Positions 23,844 through 35,054 of a stretch of DNA of 64,000 nucleotides are shown in pieces. Numbering within the stretch: the stretch's first letter is position 1; every line of letters starts with the position of its first letter. This DNA is from Epithemia pelagica (Eukaryota; Protista; Bacillariophyta), in NCBI GenBank assembly GCA_946965045.2, contig OX337230.1:3100001-3164000 (forward strand). The letters are read 5' to 3'. The notes under the pieces are model-generated. The model saw only the letters and a program-made list of their open reading frames with translations, was not told the origin of the DNA and ran no database searches. The translations under genes were made by a program, and so were the position numbers.

Positions 23844-26816
23844 ATGACGTTCAACGAAAACCCTTTCCATATCTCCGATGATCCCGTCACCCGCCGTTCG
23901 GATTCTGACGGGCTGAATCTCCTCGCTGATGTGATTGACAACGGAGATCCCATTCCCGGAGTCTCATCCAAACCCCCTTCGAGCGATACCGCGGACGATA
24001 ACCCTTCTTCTAAGAAGAAGAAAAAGAAGACAATCCTGAAGAATCCACCTTCGTCTCCGAAGTCACCCCCGAAGATCCCTTTGATTAGCCAGACTGAAAC
24101 TGAGGAAGGTTTCCCGCCCAGCAATGCTGCGGGACTGATTCCCACTCTCTCTGAGACCCTTCCTGGTACCCCCAAGCATGCTTCTTCGAAGAGGACCTCC
24201 AAGAACTTGACCGATGAGACTCAGGATCCTGTTGACTCCCCTGATACCAAGAAGGATTCTAGTAGCCGGATCTTTGAGACTCCCAAGCAATTCTACGCTC
24301 GAATGGCGCGCGTTCTTCCACGCAAGGAATGTCCCAAGGTAGATTTGTATCTGCACCCTTTCCCTTTAGATGCTGCAATCTTGGACAAGTTCTCCAAGAT
24401 TGACTGTGACGCCTGGTCTGACTCCTTTTGCGATAGTTTCCATTTGTCTATCGAGAGTGATCCCGCCTGCTGGACTTCGTTAGTTGCAAAGTTTGACCAA
24501 GTGAAGAACCTTACCGACTTTCAGTCCTTCCTCGAAATCCATTCGAAACGTCACCCACTTGCGTTTCTTGGCTTCGACCGGAAGAAGAACCCGATGGTGA
24601 TCCATAACATCTTTGTCTCACCAGATTCTGGTTCTGTTTTGGCACCAGAACCCGTGTTCCTATGTTTTACCAAAGACTCTCTCGATGTCCCGCCTGGAAC
24701 ATTCGATTCTGAAGAACTTACTTCGATCCTCAAGAGCCTTGATTACTCACGTGTACCGACCCTCGACGAGATTCTCTCAGGCTGTCTCACGAAAGACAAA
24801 GATTCACTGGCCGGTCTCTCATTGAAAGCTTCCACGTTTTCAGACTTCGCCCCTTATCTGAGTTACCCTGAAATCTTTTCAGACAAACCCGAAGATGTTC
24901 AATATCGGAAAGATCATGCATTCGAATGCAAAAGCATCGTTCTTCTCCCACCATCGATCGCGGGAGATATTATTCGCCTCATCGATCCGGATTGTCATTT
25001 CCCCAAGAAAGGCCCTAATGCTGGTAGTCCCAAGTCCTCGCCACCCAGCATCCCCGAGTTGGTTGAATTCATATTCTCGAAGATACTCTCGCGATGGCGA
25101 CGATCATTTGAGAACCCGATTGGTAAACCTTCCACCTCCAAGTTCGATTCGAATGATCCCCACTGCATTCGCTTTTCAGATACTATTCGATTCCTTTGGG
25201 GAGTACACCGCGGGAAGATTATTGTTGATGATTTGTTCCTGGATCATCCTTCCAATTATGGATCAGCGATGACAGCAGTGGAATTCTATTTCAAAACTTC
25301 CCTTCCAGACCGGTCTACCCCTATGTATGCAACGAGTCGTGGCCCTCGTCCTCCTGCCGCAGAGCGTTCTGGGAACTTCTCTCTGTCGAAGTCACGTCGT
25401 TCCCAAGACCCGTTGATTGTTGAGAATGATTCTATGCCTTCTCCACCAGTTTCCAAAGACGTTTTATACCTTACGACACAAATGACGAAGTCGATGTCAG
25501 AGCAATTCTCCAAAACGATTTCCGACCAACGCGATCAACTTTCGCAGGCGATTACTCAACAGAGTAACATCCTCAAGTCTCAGGAAGAACGGCACGATCA
25601 CTTCAAAACCTTCACCATTGACACCAGGAATGCCATTATCCTGGGACAAGTTGGACCTCATTCCACGTGCCTTCCGACGACCCCATCGGAAAAGGCGAAG
25701 GAAATTTTCAAACAGAAAAACACCCATAACTTGTATACCACGATACATTCACAAATCTTTCGACGTGCTGACAATACCTGCTTCCTGATTTTCGGGCAAG
25801 TGGGAGTGATCCAGAAATATGGGCTGAAATGGCGCTCCGATGAACATCCTGGAGGCTTCTCCCCCTTTTCCTTCGATCCGAACAATCACTCGGGAGCATC
25901 AAACCATCAAGCTCTCGACCACGATATCCATCAAGACATATTCGAATCCTCATTGCGCCACTCGAACGGATTATCCACCAAGGATATGAAAGATATCTTC
26001 ACTGACGACAAGCTGTTTTTCCCACTGACCTTAGACCATTATGGAACTCAGCTCAACAGTTACCTTTGTTTCGCTCAAGCGATTTGGGGAGAAGATTCGT
26101 TCATTGTGCTGAACATTCGCAAGATGTATACTCATCTTTCTCGTCACCGTCGAGTATACTTGGCGAACCAAGCTGATGATAGTACCTTCTTTTCGCGGCT
26201 TCTGTTCTCTCTTGACAACAGTATTCAAAACTTTATAACCGACAACTTGGAAGATGCGACCTGCCTTGAGGACATCTCTGGAGAAGCCTTGGACTATCAC
26301 ACCAACAAATTATGCAACAAGGTTATCTCAAAAGAAGATATCTGTCGCATGCCTCGGTTCCTTCTTTCGGCTGTTCAAACAAAACACAGGAACGAGAACA
26401 ACCCGAATTGTAAAGGAGGCTCAAACTCGAACAACAAACGCAATGCAGATAGCAAATTGCCAGGAGCACCCCCAGGTGCCTTACGATCCAAGCGGGGGCG
26501 TACTCACGAGAGTCCGTCAAACGACACGAACCATGCACCCCCAGTCCGACCGAGCTTCGACTTCCCTTCTGCTTGGAAAATCCCCTCCGACATTCGTTAT
26601 GGGAAAGCATTTCCTCGAACTGTCCTCAACGACGTGCCCTCTTTGACAGTCGAAGGATCTTCCAAACAATTTTGCGTCAAGTTCTTTGCCTTGCAAGCTT
26701 GCCGCAACGGAGACAAGTGCTATTTTAGTCATGCCGACCCGGCCCAATATGACAAAACAGACGCCTTAAATGCTTTCTTTGAAAAGGCCTACGACAGAGC
26801 GCGTCGGAACACGTGA
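23844..26816 (+). CDS. YR element ORF1 (gag-like) with a C-terminal CCCH zinc finger
   Basis: ~990-aa open frame from the first ATG at 23844. C-x8-C-x5-C-x3-H (CVKFFALQACRNGDKCYFSH) at 26673-26732. Confidence 0.8.
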   Translation: MTFNENPFHISDDPVTRRSDSDGLNLLADVIDNGDPIPGVSSKPPSSDTADDNPSSKKKKKKTILKNPPSSPKSPPKIPLISQTETEEGFPPSNAAGLIPTLSETLPGTPKHASSKRTSKNLTDETQDPVDSPDTKKDSSSRIFETPKQFYARMARVLPRKECPKVDLYLHPFPLDAAILDKFSKIDCDAWSDSFCDSFHLSIESDPACWTSLVAKFDQVKNLTDFQSFLEIHSKRHPLAFLGFDRKKNPMVIHNIFVSPDSGSVLAPEPVFLCFTKDSLDVPPGTFDSEELTSILKSLDYSRVPTLDEILSGCLTKDKDSLAGLSLKASTFSDFAPYLSYPEIFSDKPEDVQYRKDHAFECKSIVLLPPSIAGDIIRLIDPDCHFPKKGPNAGSPKSSPPSIPELVEFIFSKILSRWRRSFENPIGKPSTSKFDSNDPHCIRFSDTIRFLWGVHRGKIIVDDLFLDHPSNYGSAMTAVEFYFKTSLPDRSTPMYATSRGPRPPAAERSGNFSLSKSRRSQDPLIVENDSMPSPPVSKDVLYLTTQMTKSMSEQFSKTISDQRDQLSQAITQQSNILKSQEERHDHFKTFTIDTRNAIILGQVGPHSTCLPTTPSEKAKEIFKQKNTHNLYTTIHSQIFRRADNTCFLIFGQVGVIQKYGLKWRSDEHPGGFSPFSFDPNNHSGASNHQALDHDIHQDIFESSLRHSNGLSTKDMKDIFTDDKLFFPLTLDHYGTQLNSYLCFAQAIWGEDSFIVLNIRKMYTHLSRHRRVYLANQADDSTFFSRLLFSLDNSIQNFITDNLEDATCLEDISGEALDYHTNKLCNKVISKEDICRMPRFLLSAVQTKHRNENNPNCKGGSNSNNKRNADSKLPGAPPGALRSKRGRTHESPSNDTNHAPPVRPSFDFPSAWKIPSDIRYGKAFPRTVLNDVPSLTVEGSSKQFCVKFFALQACRNGDKCYFSHADPAQYDKTDALNAFFEKAYDRARRNT

Positions 26817-26921
26817 CTGATTGTTGAGTCTTCGGTCTCTCCAACGTTACCCGTACCCCCACCTTCACTTCCATCTTCACGTTTCCTGACCGTTGACTCT
26901 ACCAATCAGATTCCAAGTCCC

Positions 26922-29692
26922 ATGGACCCTTCACACGCATACCTCGCAACAATTCCACGACAACCCCTACTGCGGCCACCCAGTACGGATGACTTACTTC
27001 GACCATGTGATCAGACGGATCTCCCACCAACACCCCCTTCCACGATCCATCGACCTCCCACTTCATCCAATCCATTCCTGGATCACAGCGAACATCCACA
27101 CCAACCAAATATGAAAACGAGGCAAATCTCCTTTTCTTCTCACACCAAACTATACCCATTCTCTCCCTCTTCGGCGCCTTGTGACCATATTCACAACGCA
27201 GGCCCTGTTGAAGTAGATATGAAAGTTGAGCCTGACCACGACGATTCCACCCAACTTTCACAGCCAAACAAGACCATCCTGAACTCCGTCCGCCGAGCCG
27301 CCGACGAATCTAGTCTTCCTCCCAAAATTCTTACGAGGAAACCTCCAGACCCCAAAACCAAGAAGCCATCTCATCACCCAGCCTTACCGGGACATGTGCA
27401 ACCAGACATCTCCTCCAATACTTTAGGTAAACCGCTGGAAAGGAACATGCGACGATTGCATGAGTCCTTGCTCGAGAATCAAAAACTTCTTGGTAAGTCA
27501 AATCTATCACCCCCGAGTAATCGAAACTACCTGCCGAACGACGTGAGCAGGTTGTTTCCCTCCAAGATCTCGATCCCCACGCTCCCACCACCCAAGTACC
27601 CGATGTCCCTCAAGACTATCCTCGATATATATAACACCGTGACGCCGACTCCATGTGCTTCGCCCTTCATTCATGAACGGTCCACTGAAGCCGCTGAAAA
27701 GAACTCCGAACTGATCGCTAACTTCGACTTCGACTTACAGAAAACCTTCAACGCTTTCCCCCACTCCACCATCAGTCCAGGATCGGAATTCCGTCAGGCC
27801 GAAGTATTGGAACCTCTACTTCGCTTCCATCCATTCTGGCCAAAGATCGAACGAGAACTCCGCGATGGAGCAACGTACACTTTCAAGAATCCAAAACCAT
27901 CCGACGAAACGCGCCGAGCTGAGAACGAAGCCTTGATCACTTACGGAAATCATAGTTCCGCGAAGAAACGCCCAGAAGCCTTGATTAAAGTGTCCCAAAA
28001 AGACACTATCCATGGTTGGGCATTCCCGATTACGTTCGACTGCGCTCGACGTATTCGACACGGACGATTCGGACCCCTCGGAGTGGCTCAACACGCGGGC
28101 ATCACGGAGAAGGGCGAAATAGTGATGAAAGATCGGCTAGCCCACGATCAGACATTCTCAACTGGGATCGCACCTTCACTGAACCAAGCAGTAGATGATT
28201 CAGACGACATCGAACTAGTATACGGATGGTGCATTGAGCGACTCATCCATCAGATCATTGCCCTCCGACTCGAATTCCCGGATATGAAGATATTTGTTTG
28301 TAAATTCGATTGGGGCGCAGCCTATCGCCGAATCAATGGCGACGGACTTCTTGCGGCCAACGCCCTGACGACCGACGCGTCGGGGGACTTCGCCAATGTA
28401 CTGACCCGTCTCTCCTTCGGAGGCAAAACACACCCCGCCATGTTCAGCCTCTACTCCGAAGCGGCATGCGACGTGTGCAACGACCTAACAGAGTTTACCG
28501 AATGGGACCACACCGTATGTTCCTCCCCCCTGCAGAAACTGATGGGACCACCGAACCGACTGCCCGAAGACATCCCCTTCGCCCAAGGCAGACCCCTCAT
28601 AGTCGATGTCCCAGCGCGACCAAAAGGCTCAACTGACGTCTACCTTGATGACATGATTCAGCTGTTTCTCGACCGTGAGGACATTGTGGCAAGAGCGTCC
28701 GCGGTCGTCCCACTCGTACTACACTTGCTCATTCGTCCCACCCATCCGACGGAAGAACCGATCAAACGAACAGACATACTAGCCGAGGACAAAATGCTAG
28801 CAGAGGGCAGCCCCAGCGAGGTGATGAGAGTCCTCGGCTGGGAGCTTGATACACGCCGACTGCTCCTGATCCTACCCGAAGATAAATTCTTGAACTGGAC
28901 AAAGTCGGTCCGACGACTGGCTGACCCCGACACTCGAAAGGCGACATTCCAGGAGCTCGAGTCCACACTAGGCAAGCTCATTCACTCCAGTAAAGGGATC
29001 CCCACATCACGCTTCTTCCTCCAACGCACACGCGCATACATCGAAGGCTTGATTGTTGCGTACGATGCAAAACAGAAAGCAAAACAGTCAGACGGCAACG
29101 AATCCGACACGAGTGCTACATCAGCCGAGAGCGGCACTTACTTGGACACGCGAAAAGACTCAAGGCAGCGTCCGAGGCCATGGTTCCGCTACCCCATCCC
29201 ACAATACGTCAAGGAAGATATGCACGTGTGGATAGACTTGCTCAAGCACGCCCACGATGGCGTGAACTTAAACTTACTCACGTGCCGAGTACCAACCAAC
29301 GTCTTAATCGCCGACGCGTGCCCCTTTGGAATGGGCGGATACAGTATCAAATCGGGTAGAGCATGGCAAATACCATTGGATCCTGACATTTACGAACTCG
29401 CAGGGAACGCCAAGGACATGGACATCGACCCAACACTGGCACCACAGAATAACCTCAAGGTGTCGAACAATTTGTTTGAGTTCATCGCCCAAGCCGTCAC
29501 CATATGGCTCGAGAGCGCAAATGAAGATATCGAGGAACTGGGATCAGTGCTGTGCATGTCCGACAATAGCTCGGCCATTGGGTGGATGCACAAGAGCTCG
29601 TTCGCAGTCAATCAACCACTCCACCGACGAGTGACCGAGCTGTTAGTGAACCTATCTTTAACCGAACAGTTTACGATCCACGCGGAGCACGT
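26922..29692 (+). CDS. YR element ORF2, 5' part (reverse transcriptase and most of RNase H), interrupted by the copia insertion
   Basis: KDRLAHDQT, KFDWGAAYRRI, RLSFGG, YLDD, VLGWELDT, RNase H IADAC and SDNSSA. The reading frame stops at HAEHV at the insertion point. Confidence 0.9.
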
Positions 29693-30445
29693 TGTTAGGA
29701 TTCTCACCGAAAACTAGGTGGCGAAACCTACAACTCATCGAATGATGCTAGTATTTTATGGCATCCGATGACATTTTCCTAAAAGTGAGAAAGGAATGTC
29801 GGCATGCTCGCGAAACTATAAATTTGGCCATGGCATGCTCGCATTGCACGTGTTATCGGCGACCGCTCGGATATTAACTATGGCCCAACACGTGCGCGCC
29901 CAAAACCATCGAATGCGCGCCTTGACTATCCGAGTACGCGCATCCACGATTCGACCTAACGGTCTATGTAATCAAAGCACGAATCACGATCACGCGAGAC
30001 CATATCTCTGTTCCCACAAATCCAAGAATGCAAACAGCAACGCGCCCAGCACAAGACTTATACCACGACAAAGCAAGAGCTGTTGCATCCCATACATGTT
30101 ATCCATCACCCTATACATTCAATATGCACCAATGCCGGTCTACTCCAACCAGTGAGGACCTATCACACCAGATCCATGGCCGTATACAAGAGCCAGGACT
30201 TCGGCACCATCAACCACCTTAGTTAGTAATCGTCTCACAATCATTAATATCACCATTTTAACACTCATCTTAAGACTTACCTCTTATCAGTGGACCGACT
30301 GCCCCCACCCACGGCGGACTTCGACTTGCAACTCTTCTCTGACCCGTGGAGGATTGTTGTATCGGTTGGTGATCGATTGTCGGCTCAGCGAGCCTTTAAC
30401 CCAACTACCTATTACCCTTCTGAATTCTCAATGAGAGTTCTGCTA
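29693..30445 (+). repeat. 5' LTR (TG...TA termini)
   Basis: TGTTAGGATTCTCACC...GAGTTCTGCTA. Confidence 0.92.
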
Positions 30446-30465
30446 GATTAACAGTCTCATCGCTC
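30446..30465 (+). promoter_or_regulatory. Putative primer-binding site complementary to the anticodon arm of a tRNA-Asn(GUU)
   Basis: Reverse complement GAGCGATGAGA-CT-GTT-AA-TC reads as tRNA positions ~21-40, with G30-C40 and A31-U39 pairs around a GUU anticodon. It abuts the LTR directly. Confidence 0.6.
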
Positions 30466-30949
30466 ATTGCCCTGCAGTCGCATTGGAGATCATACTTACC
30501 CATCCACATTGAGTACAGATTGAGCTACACCAACAAACAAGAGTTAGAGGACAAAGCTACCCAACCCAACAACAGGGCCAGCCTGGCTAAGGCTAGGGTC
30601 ATCAACCCTCTCCTATTCCAGGACCTCAAGCTGGACCAGGACTTCGTGCAACTACCTTCCCAATACTCACCTGACCAGTACTTTGCTGAGGACTACGAGC
30701 AAGACGAGGAAGCTACCATTATTCCTGACTCCCCGGTTCAACTCGATCACCGCAACGAGTCCGGAAGTGACCAAGGATAAGTATCTTTAAGTAGTTTACA
30801 GAACAAACCAGAGACAAAACCGAGTTCCGCACATCCGGGTTCCCAGCACAACACACATCCGGGTACTGATATACGTGGCACACACGTGGTACATCCGGGT
30901 TCAGATCACACCACACATTAAATAAACAACGAACCAACCATATACTACC

Positions 30950-33900
30950 ATGGATCCAACATACCCCAAGACACCTTCTCTTCCTTCTGACGACTCAGTA
31001 CCGCCTGACATATCAGATACACAAGTGTTCAATCATATCACCCAGCATCTATTTGAATGTGATGAAGAACGAGCTCAAGCCCTTCATCAATGGATAAAAC
31101 ATAGTGGTTTCGAACACATTCTGAATGTCATCGACTATCTTGCAGTCAATCCAGAAAAGAATATCAAGGACCTTGGACAATACAAGTATGGGAACAAGAC
31201 GATGGATCTGAAGACATTTACAAGGCATCAACTGAAGATCCTAGCACATTGGTCACGAGAACAAACCTCAACCCTGCAGCAGTCTGATTTACCTCGCTCT
31301 ACCTGGTTGAACCTCACCAAGGCCAATTATGATCATTGGAGAATCAATGCAGACTTCACCAAGCTCCGTCTGAACCAAGGTTGCGTTTCGTCATTTCGTT
31401 TAGCAAAAAGAGAGGTGCTACGTCTTAACAACTACATCTCCAATCTTCGTCTCGATGATTCATGGCACGGCACAACCTATCAGTTTCTTCTCCACTTTCA
31501 ACACCAATTCCATCTTCTCGACAATCTGGGATCAATGTTTGATCACATTCCTGGCCACTCCACTAGGATGACCTTCCTGATGAAAGCCGTTGAAAAGGTA
31601 CCTGATTTACGACAAGTCAACATCTTGTCTGGTGCAAAGACACTTTGTTATCAATCATATTTCCGTCTTCTCCTTGATGCCGCATATGATCATGACCAAG
31701 CAACTCGAGCACCAAAGTCTAACCGACTTAAGCATACCAAGCAATGCGACTTTCAATATGATCAAGATTTTGATATCAAAGATCTATCACCCAAAGAAAA
31801 ACACCGCATGATTAAGAGAACTAACGTGAAGACCAAGAAATCATCTTCGCTTCGTCCAAAGATCAGTCTTCCAAGAGATCTGTGGAGTAAACTCAACGAC
31901 AATAGTCGTCAAGTAATCATTGCGTACAACAAGTCTACCCAGAATCCGTCATCAACAACTGCATGCATGGAACAGACGCATACTCTTGACATTGATCCGG
32001 AACCTGATCCCGACCCTGGTCGTGCATGGATTGACGACATGATTCAAGATGATTCCCAAGACCATCAAGATAATTTCTTTGATCTGATTACCCGGTTGGT
32101 TCCACAAGTTGTGACCAATATTGATGTCAATCATCCAACATCTGATCTTGCTAATTTGGTGTCCAATATCAAGGCAACATCCATCCCTAATGATTGTCTC
32201 GAGAACAACAACTGTAAACAGAAAGTTGAGATATCTCGACATCTGCTCTCTCGCATGTCTAGTTTCTCCGGTGACAATCAATTGACTGGCTATAATCATT
32301 GGTATCTTGATCCCATGCAAGATACGGCACCTTCTTCAAGGACTGTTGAAAATGATGGCAACAATCCGCATGATGCTTTTGGGAAGTATACCAATCGTGT
32401 TGTCTGTAACCTCAACCTTCTCTTGGATTTACCTTACGATCATGGACCTGATACGCCTTCCTTCTTCACACCCCTGCTTGGAGAATACTGTTCCAAACCA
32501 TACCTCCAAGATCAGAACATGGCTGAGAACCGTTATCAGACCGTTAAGAGGACAATATACGTCGTGACCGTTTCGGGCCATATCCCTCTTGAGATCCTCA
32601 ATGGTCGCCCACCCGGCATTACCCACCCACTTTTCTTCCTTATCTGGGACAAGGCCCCCTACTTTACCGAATCATATGCCCTCTCCCACCGTCCCTACCG
32701 TCCCTACCCTCCCTCTTTTGTCACGACACATGGCTACTGGCTTGTTTTTGCCCCTTCTATTGGTGATACTTTGTCTCTGGACTCTCAAACCCTTTGTTAC
32801 TCTGCCATTCTTCATGATGCACCCACGCCACCCAGCAACCTTTGTGTGGATACGTCTTCAGGGGAGGAGTCGCTTCCAAATAAACCCATTTTCATTTGTA
32901 GCAAAGGTGAAGATCCATCCACGCAAATGCCTATGATCAAATGTGATAACACTATTGGACAACCTTTCCTTGTTTATGATCCAGAGGAAAATGGGGAGCA
33001 ACGACAACCATATAATGGGGAGCAACCACAACCATGTCTTATCAGATGCATCGTTGATTTAGAACAAGATGCTCTCAAGCAAGAAGACTATATCAAGTAC
33101 ACTTTCTGCAAATCCATTTCCGACATTGACAAGATAATTTCATACCGTCAACATATGGAATACATCAAACAGGACAACCAAGAACAGGCAACTGAAGATG
33201 ACGTTTTCCAGTTCAGAGACGTTGTCGCAGATCAAGAACCGTCAAGTATTAGCAACAATCCTGACTACAAAAGAAGTCACTGTAATATACTTGTTGATTG
33301 GGAGACTGGGGCGATGATCTATGAGCCTCCGTCACTCGTGGTAAATGATGCCTATGCCAAGAAACATGATCTATTGAATGAACTTGGATGGAAACATCTC
33401 AAGCATTTTGTCAAGACCAGTAAATGCCTTGTTCAAGCTGCCAAACAGCAGTCAAGAATCAAGCAAGTCTGTCGTTCCATCAAGTACAAGTTTGGTTATC
33501 AAGTTTCAAAGACAAATGAAGAATTAGTTGTTTTGTTAGACAAGCAACATGGTAAAAGAAAGTGGCACGACACTACCGAAGTTGAGCTCTTTCAGGTTTC
33601 ACAGATCCAATCCCTCACAAAAATCAAGGATTGCGTTCAAGCTCAGTTCAAAAGAAGGGAAATGATAAATGCATCACCAGAAGAGTATCACAAGAACAAG
33701 ATTCGAATCCATCTTGTAAAACATGATGATAGTCGCCCAGCACTTCTCATCACAGACGAGGCTTTTACCAAAGAACCGGTTGAGGTAATCTTTTTGTGTA
33801 CTACTTCCATTCACAACTTCCATACAACCACCTGTCTTGGGATTCTCAATGATGTGGATATATGGGGAGCAAAAGTTGGAAATGCGCACGACCTGGAAGC

Positions 33901-34321
33901 TTTATCTGGAGAGAAGATCTTGATAGTTGCAAGACAAGAACTCAAGGAATCAGGTCACATCTTGATTACGCACAAGGCCTCCAAGGGATTAAAATCTTCA
34001 GGAGCATGTCGGCGTGACTGTTTCTTTGACACCCCAATTGAAATGGATTTGTCACCAACCAAAGCAGATCCCAATGTTTGGATGAAGAAGGCACCTGGGG
34101 AGCATAGCTCAAAGGGCATCGACAAGACCTACCAACTCAAGAATGATGACTATGAGAACATCCAGGAGACATTCTCAACAAGCATTGGAAATTCTCGAAA
34201 GTATGGACCATGTTCAAGATCATATTCTTCTGGGGAGGAAACGTTCAGAAGCATGACAAGGAAAATAACAATCCTCATTCGACGAATTGTGGGGAGTGTT
34301 AGGATTCTCACCGAAAACTAG
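30950..34321 (+). CDS. Degenerate gag-pol-derived ORF of the copia element (1123 aa, open but missing catalytic cores)
   Basis: CoDi-like remnants FLLHFQHQ, DLRQV, NILVDWETG, KYKFGYQV, DIWGAKVGNA, KGLKSSG, PTKADPNVWMK. No protease DxG, integrase DDE core, YVDD or RNase H recognised. Confidence 0.7.
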   Translation: MDPTYPKTPSLPSDDSVPPDISDTQVFNHITQHLFECDEERAQALHQWIKHSGFEHILNVIDYLAVNPEKNIKDLGQYKYGNKTMDLKTFTRHQLKILAHWSREQTSTLQQSDLPRSTWLNLTKANYDHWRINADFTKLRLNQGCVSSFRLAKREVLRLNNYISNLRLDDSWHGTTYQFLLHFQHQFHLLDNLGSMFDHIPGHSTRMTFLMKAVEKVPDLRQVNILSGAKTLCYQSYFRLLLDAAYDHDQATRAPKSNRLKHTKQCDFQYDQDFDIKDLSPKEKHRMIKRTNVKTKKSSSLRPKISLPRDLWSKLNDNSRQVIIAYNKSTQNPSSTTACMEQTHTLDIDPEPDPDPGRAWIDDMIQDDSQDHQDNFFDLITRLVPQVVTNIDVNHPTSDLANLVSNIKATSIPNDCLENNNCKQKVEISRHLLSRMSSFSGDNQLTGYNHWYLDPMQDTAPSSRTVENDGNNPHDAFGKYTNRVVCNLNLLLDLPYDHGPDTPSFFTPLLGEYCSKPYLQDQNMAENRYQTVKRTIYVVTVSGHIPLEILNGRPPGITHPLFFLIWDKAPYFTESYALSHRPYRPYPPSFVTTHGYWLVFAPSIGDTLSLDSQTLCYSAILHDAPTPPSNLCVDTSSGEESLPNKPIFICSKGEDPSTQMPMIKCDNTIGQPFLVYDPEENGEQRQPYNGEQPQPCLIRCIVDLEQDALKQEDYIKYTFCKSISDIDKIISYRQHMEYIKQDNQEQATEDDVFQFRDVVADQEPSSISNNPDYKRSHCNILVDWETGAMIYEPPSLVVNDAYAKKHDLLNELGWKHLKHFVKTSKCLVQAAKQQSRIKQVCRSIKYKFGYQVSKTNEELVVLLDKQHGKRKWHDTTEVELFQVSQIQSLTKIKDCVQAQFKRREMINASPEEYHKNKIRIHLVKHDDSRPALLITDEAFTKEPVEVIFLCTTSIHNFHTTTCLGILNDVDIWGAKVGNAHDLEALSGEKILIVARQELKESGHILITHKASKGLKSSGACRRDCFFDTPIEMDLSPTKADPNVWMKKAPGEHSSKGIDKTYQLKNDDYENIQETFSTSIGNSRKYGPCSRSYSSGEETFRSMTRKITILIRRIVGSVRILTEN

Positions 34322-35049
34322 GTGGCGAAACCTACAACTCATCGAATGATGCTAGTATTTTATGGCATCCGATGACATTTTCCTAAAAGTGAGAAAGGAA
34401 TGTCGGCATGCTCGCGAAACTATAAATTTGGCCATGGCATGCTCGCATTGCACGTGTTATCGGCGACCGCTCGGATATTAACTATGGCCCAACACGTGCG
34501 CGCCCAAAACCATCGAATGCGCGCCTTGACTATCCGAGTACGCGCATCCACGATTCGACCTAACGGTCTATGTAATCAAAGCACGAATCACGATCACGCG
34601 AGACCATATCTCTGTTCCCACAAATCCAAGAATGCAAACAGCAACGCGCCCAGCACAAGACTTATACCACGACAAAGCAAGAGCTGTTGCATCCCATACA
34701 TGTTATCCATCACCCTATACATTCAATATGCACCAATGCCGGTCTACTCCAACCAGTGAGGACCTATCACACCAGATCCATGGCCGTATACAAGAGCCAG
34801 GACTTCGGCACCATCAACCACCTTAGTTAGTAATCGTCTCACAATCATTAATATCACCATTTTAACACTCATCTTAAGACTTACCTCTTATCAGTGGACC
34901 GACTGCCCCCACCCACGGCGGACTTCGACTTGCAACTCTTCTCTGACCCGTGGAGGATTGTTGTATCGGTTGGTGATCGATTGTCGGCTCAGCGAGCCTT
35001 TAACCCAACTACCTATTACCCTTCTGAATTCTCAATGAGAGTTCTGCTA
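34297..35049 (+). repeat. 3' LTR
   Basis: Same sequence as the 5' LTR; preceded by the PPT and followed by the TSD. Confidence 0.92.
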
Positions 35050-35054
35050 CACGT

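Larger units (their letters stand above)
29693..35049 (+). mobile_element. Non-autonomous Ty1/copia (CoDi-like) LTR retrotransposon nested in the YR RNase H
   Basis: 753-bp LTRs at 29693-30445 and 34297-35049 (offset 4604; ORFs translated from them are identical). 5-bp TSD CACGT at 29688-29692 and 35050-35054. PPT GGGGAG at 34291-34296. Confidence 0.92.

Noticed and set aside
29796-30222. Identical 119-aa and 64-aa ORFs at 29796/34400 and 30028/34632
   Set aside because: They are duplicated only because they lie in the LTRs; no domain evidence.
30446-30453. Alternative 5' LTR end ...GATTAACA giving canonical TGTTA/TAACA termini
   Set aside because: The 3' LTR plus the perfect TSD fix the end at CTGCTA, and these 8 nt fit a tRNA-Asn PBS better. 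Kept as the refuting scenario for that finding.
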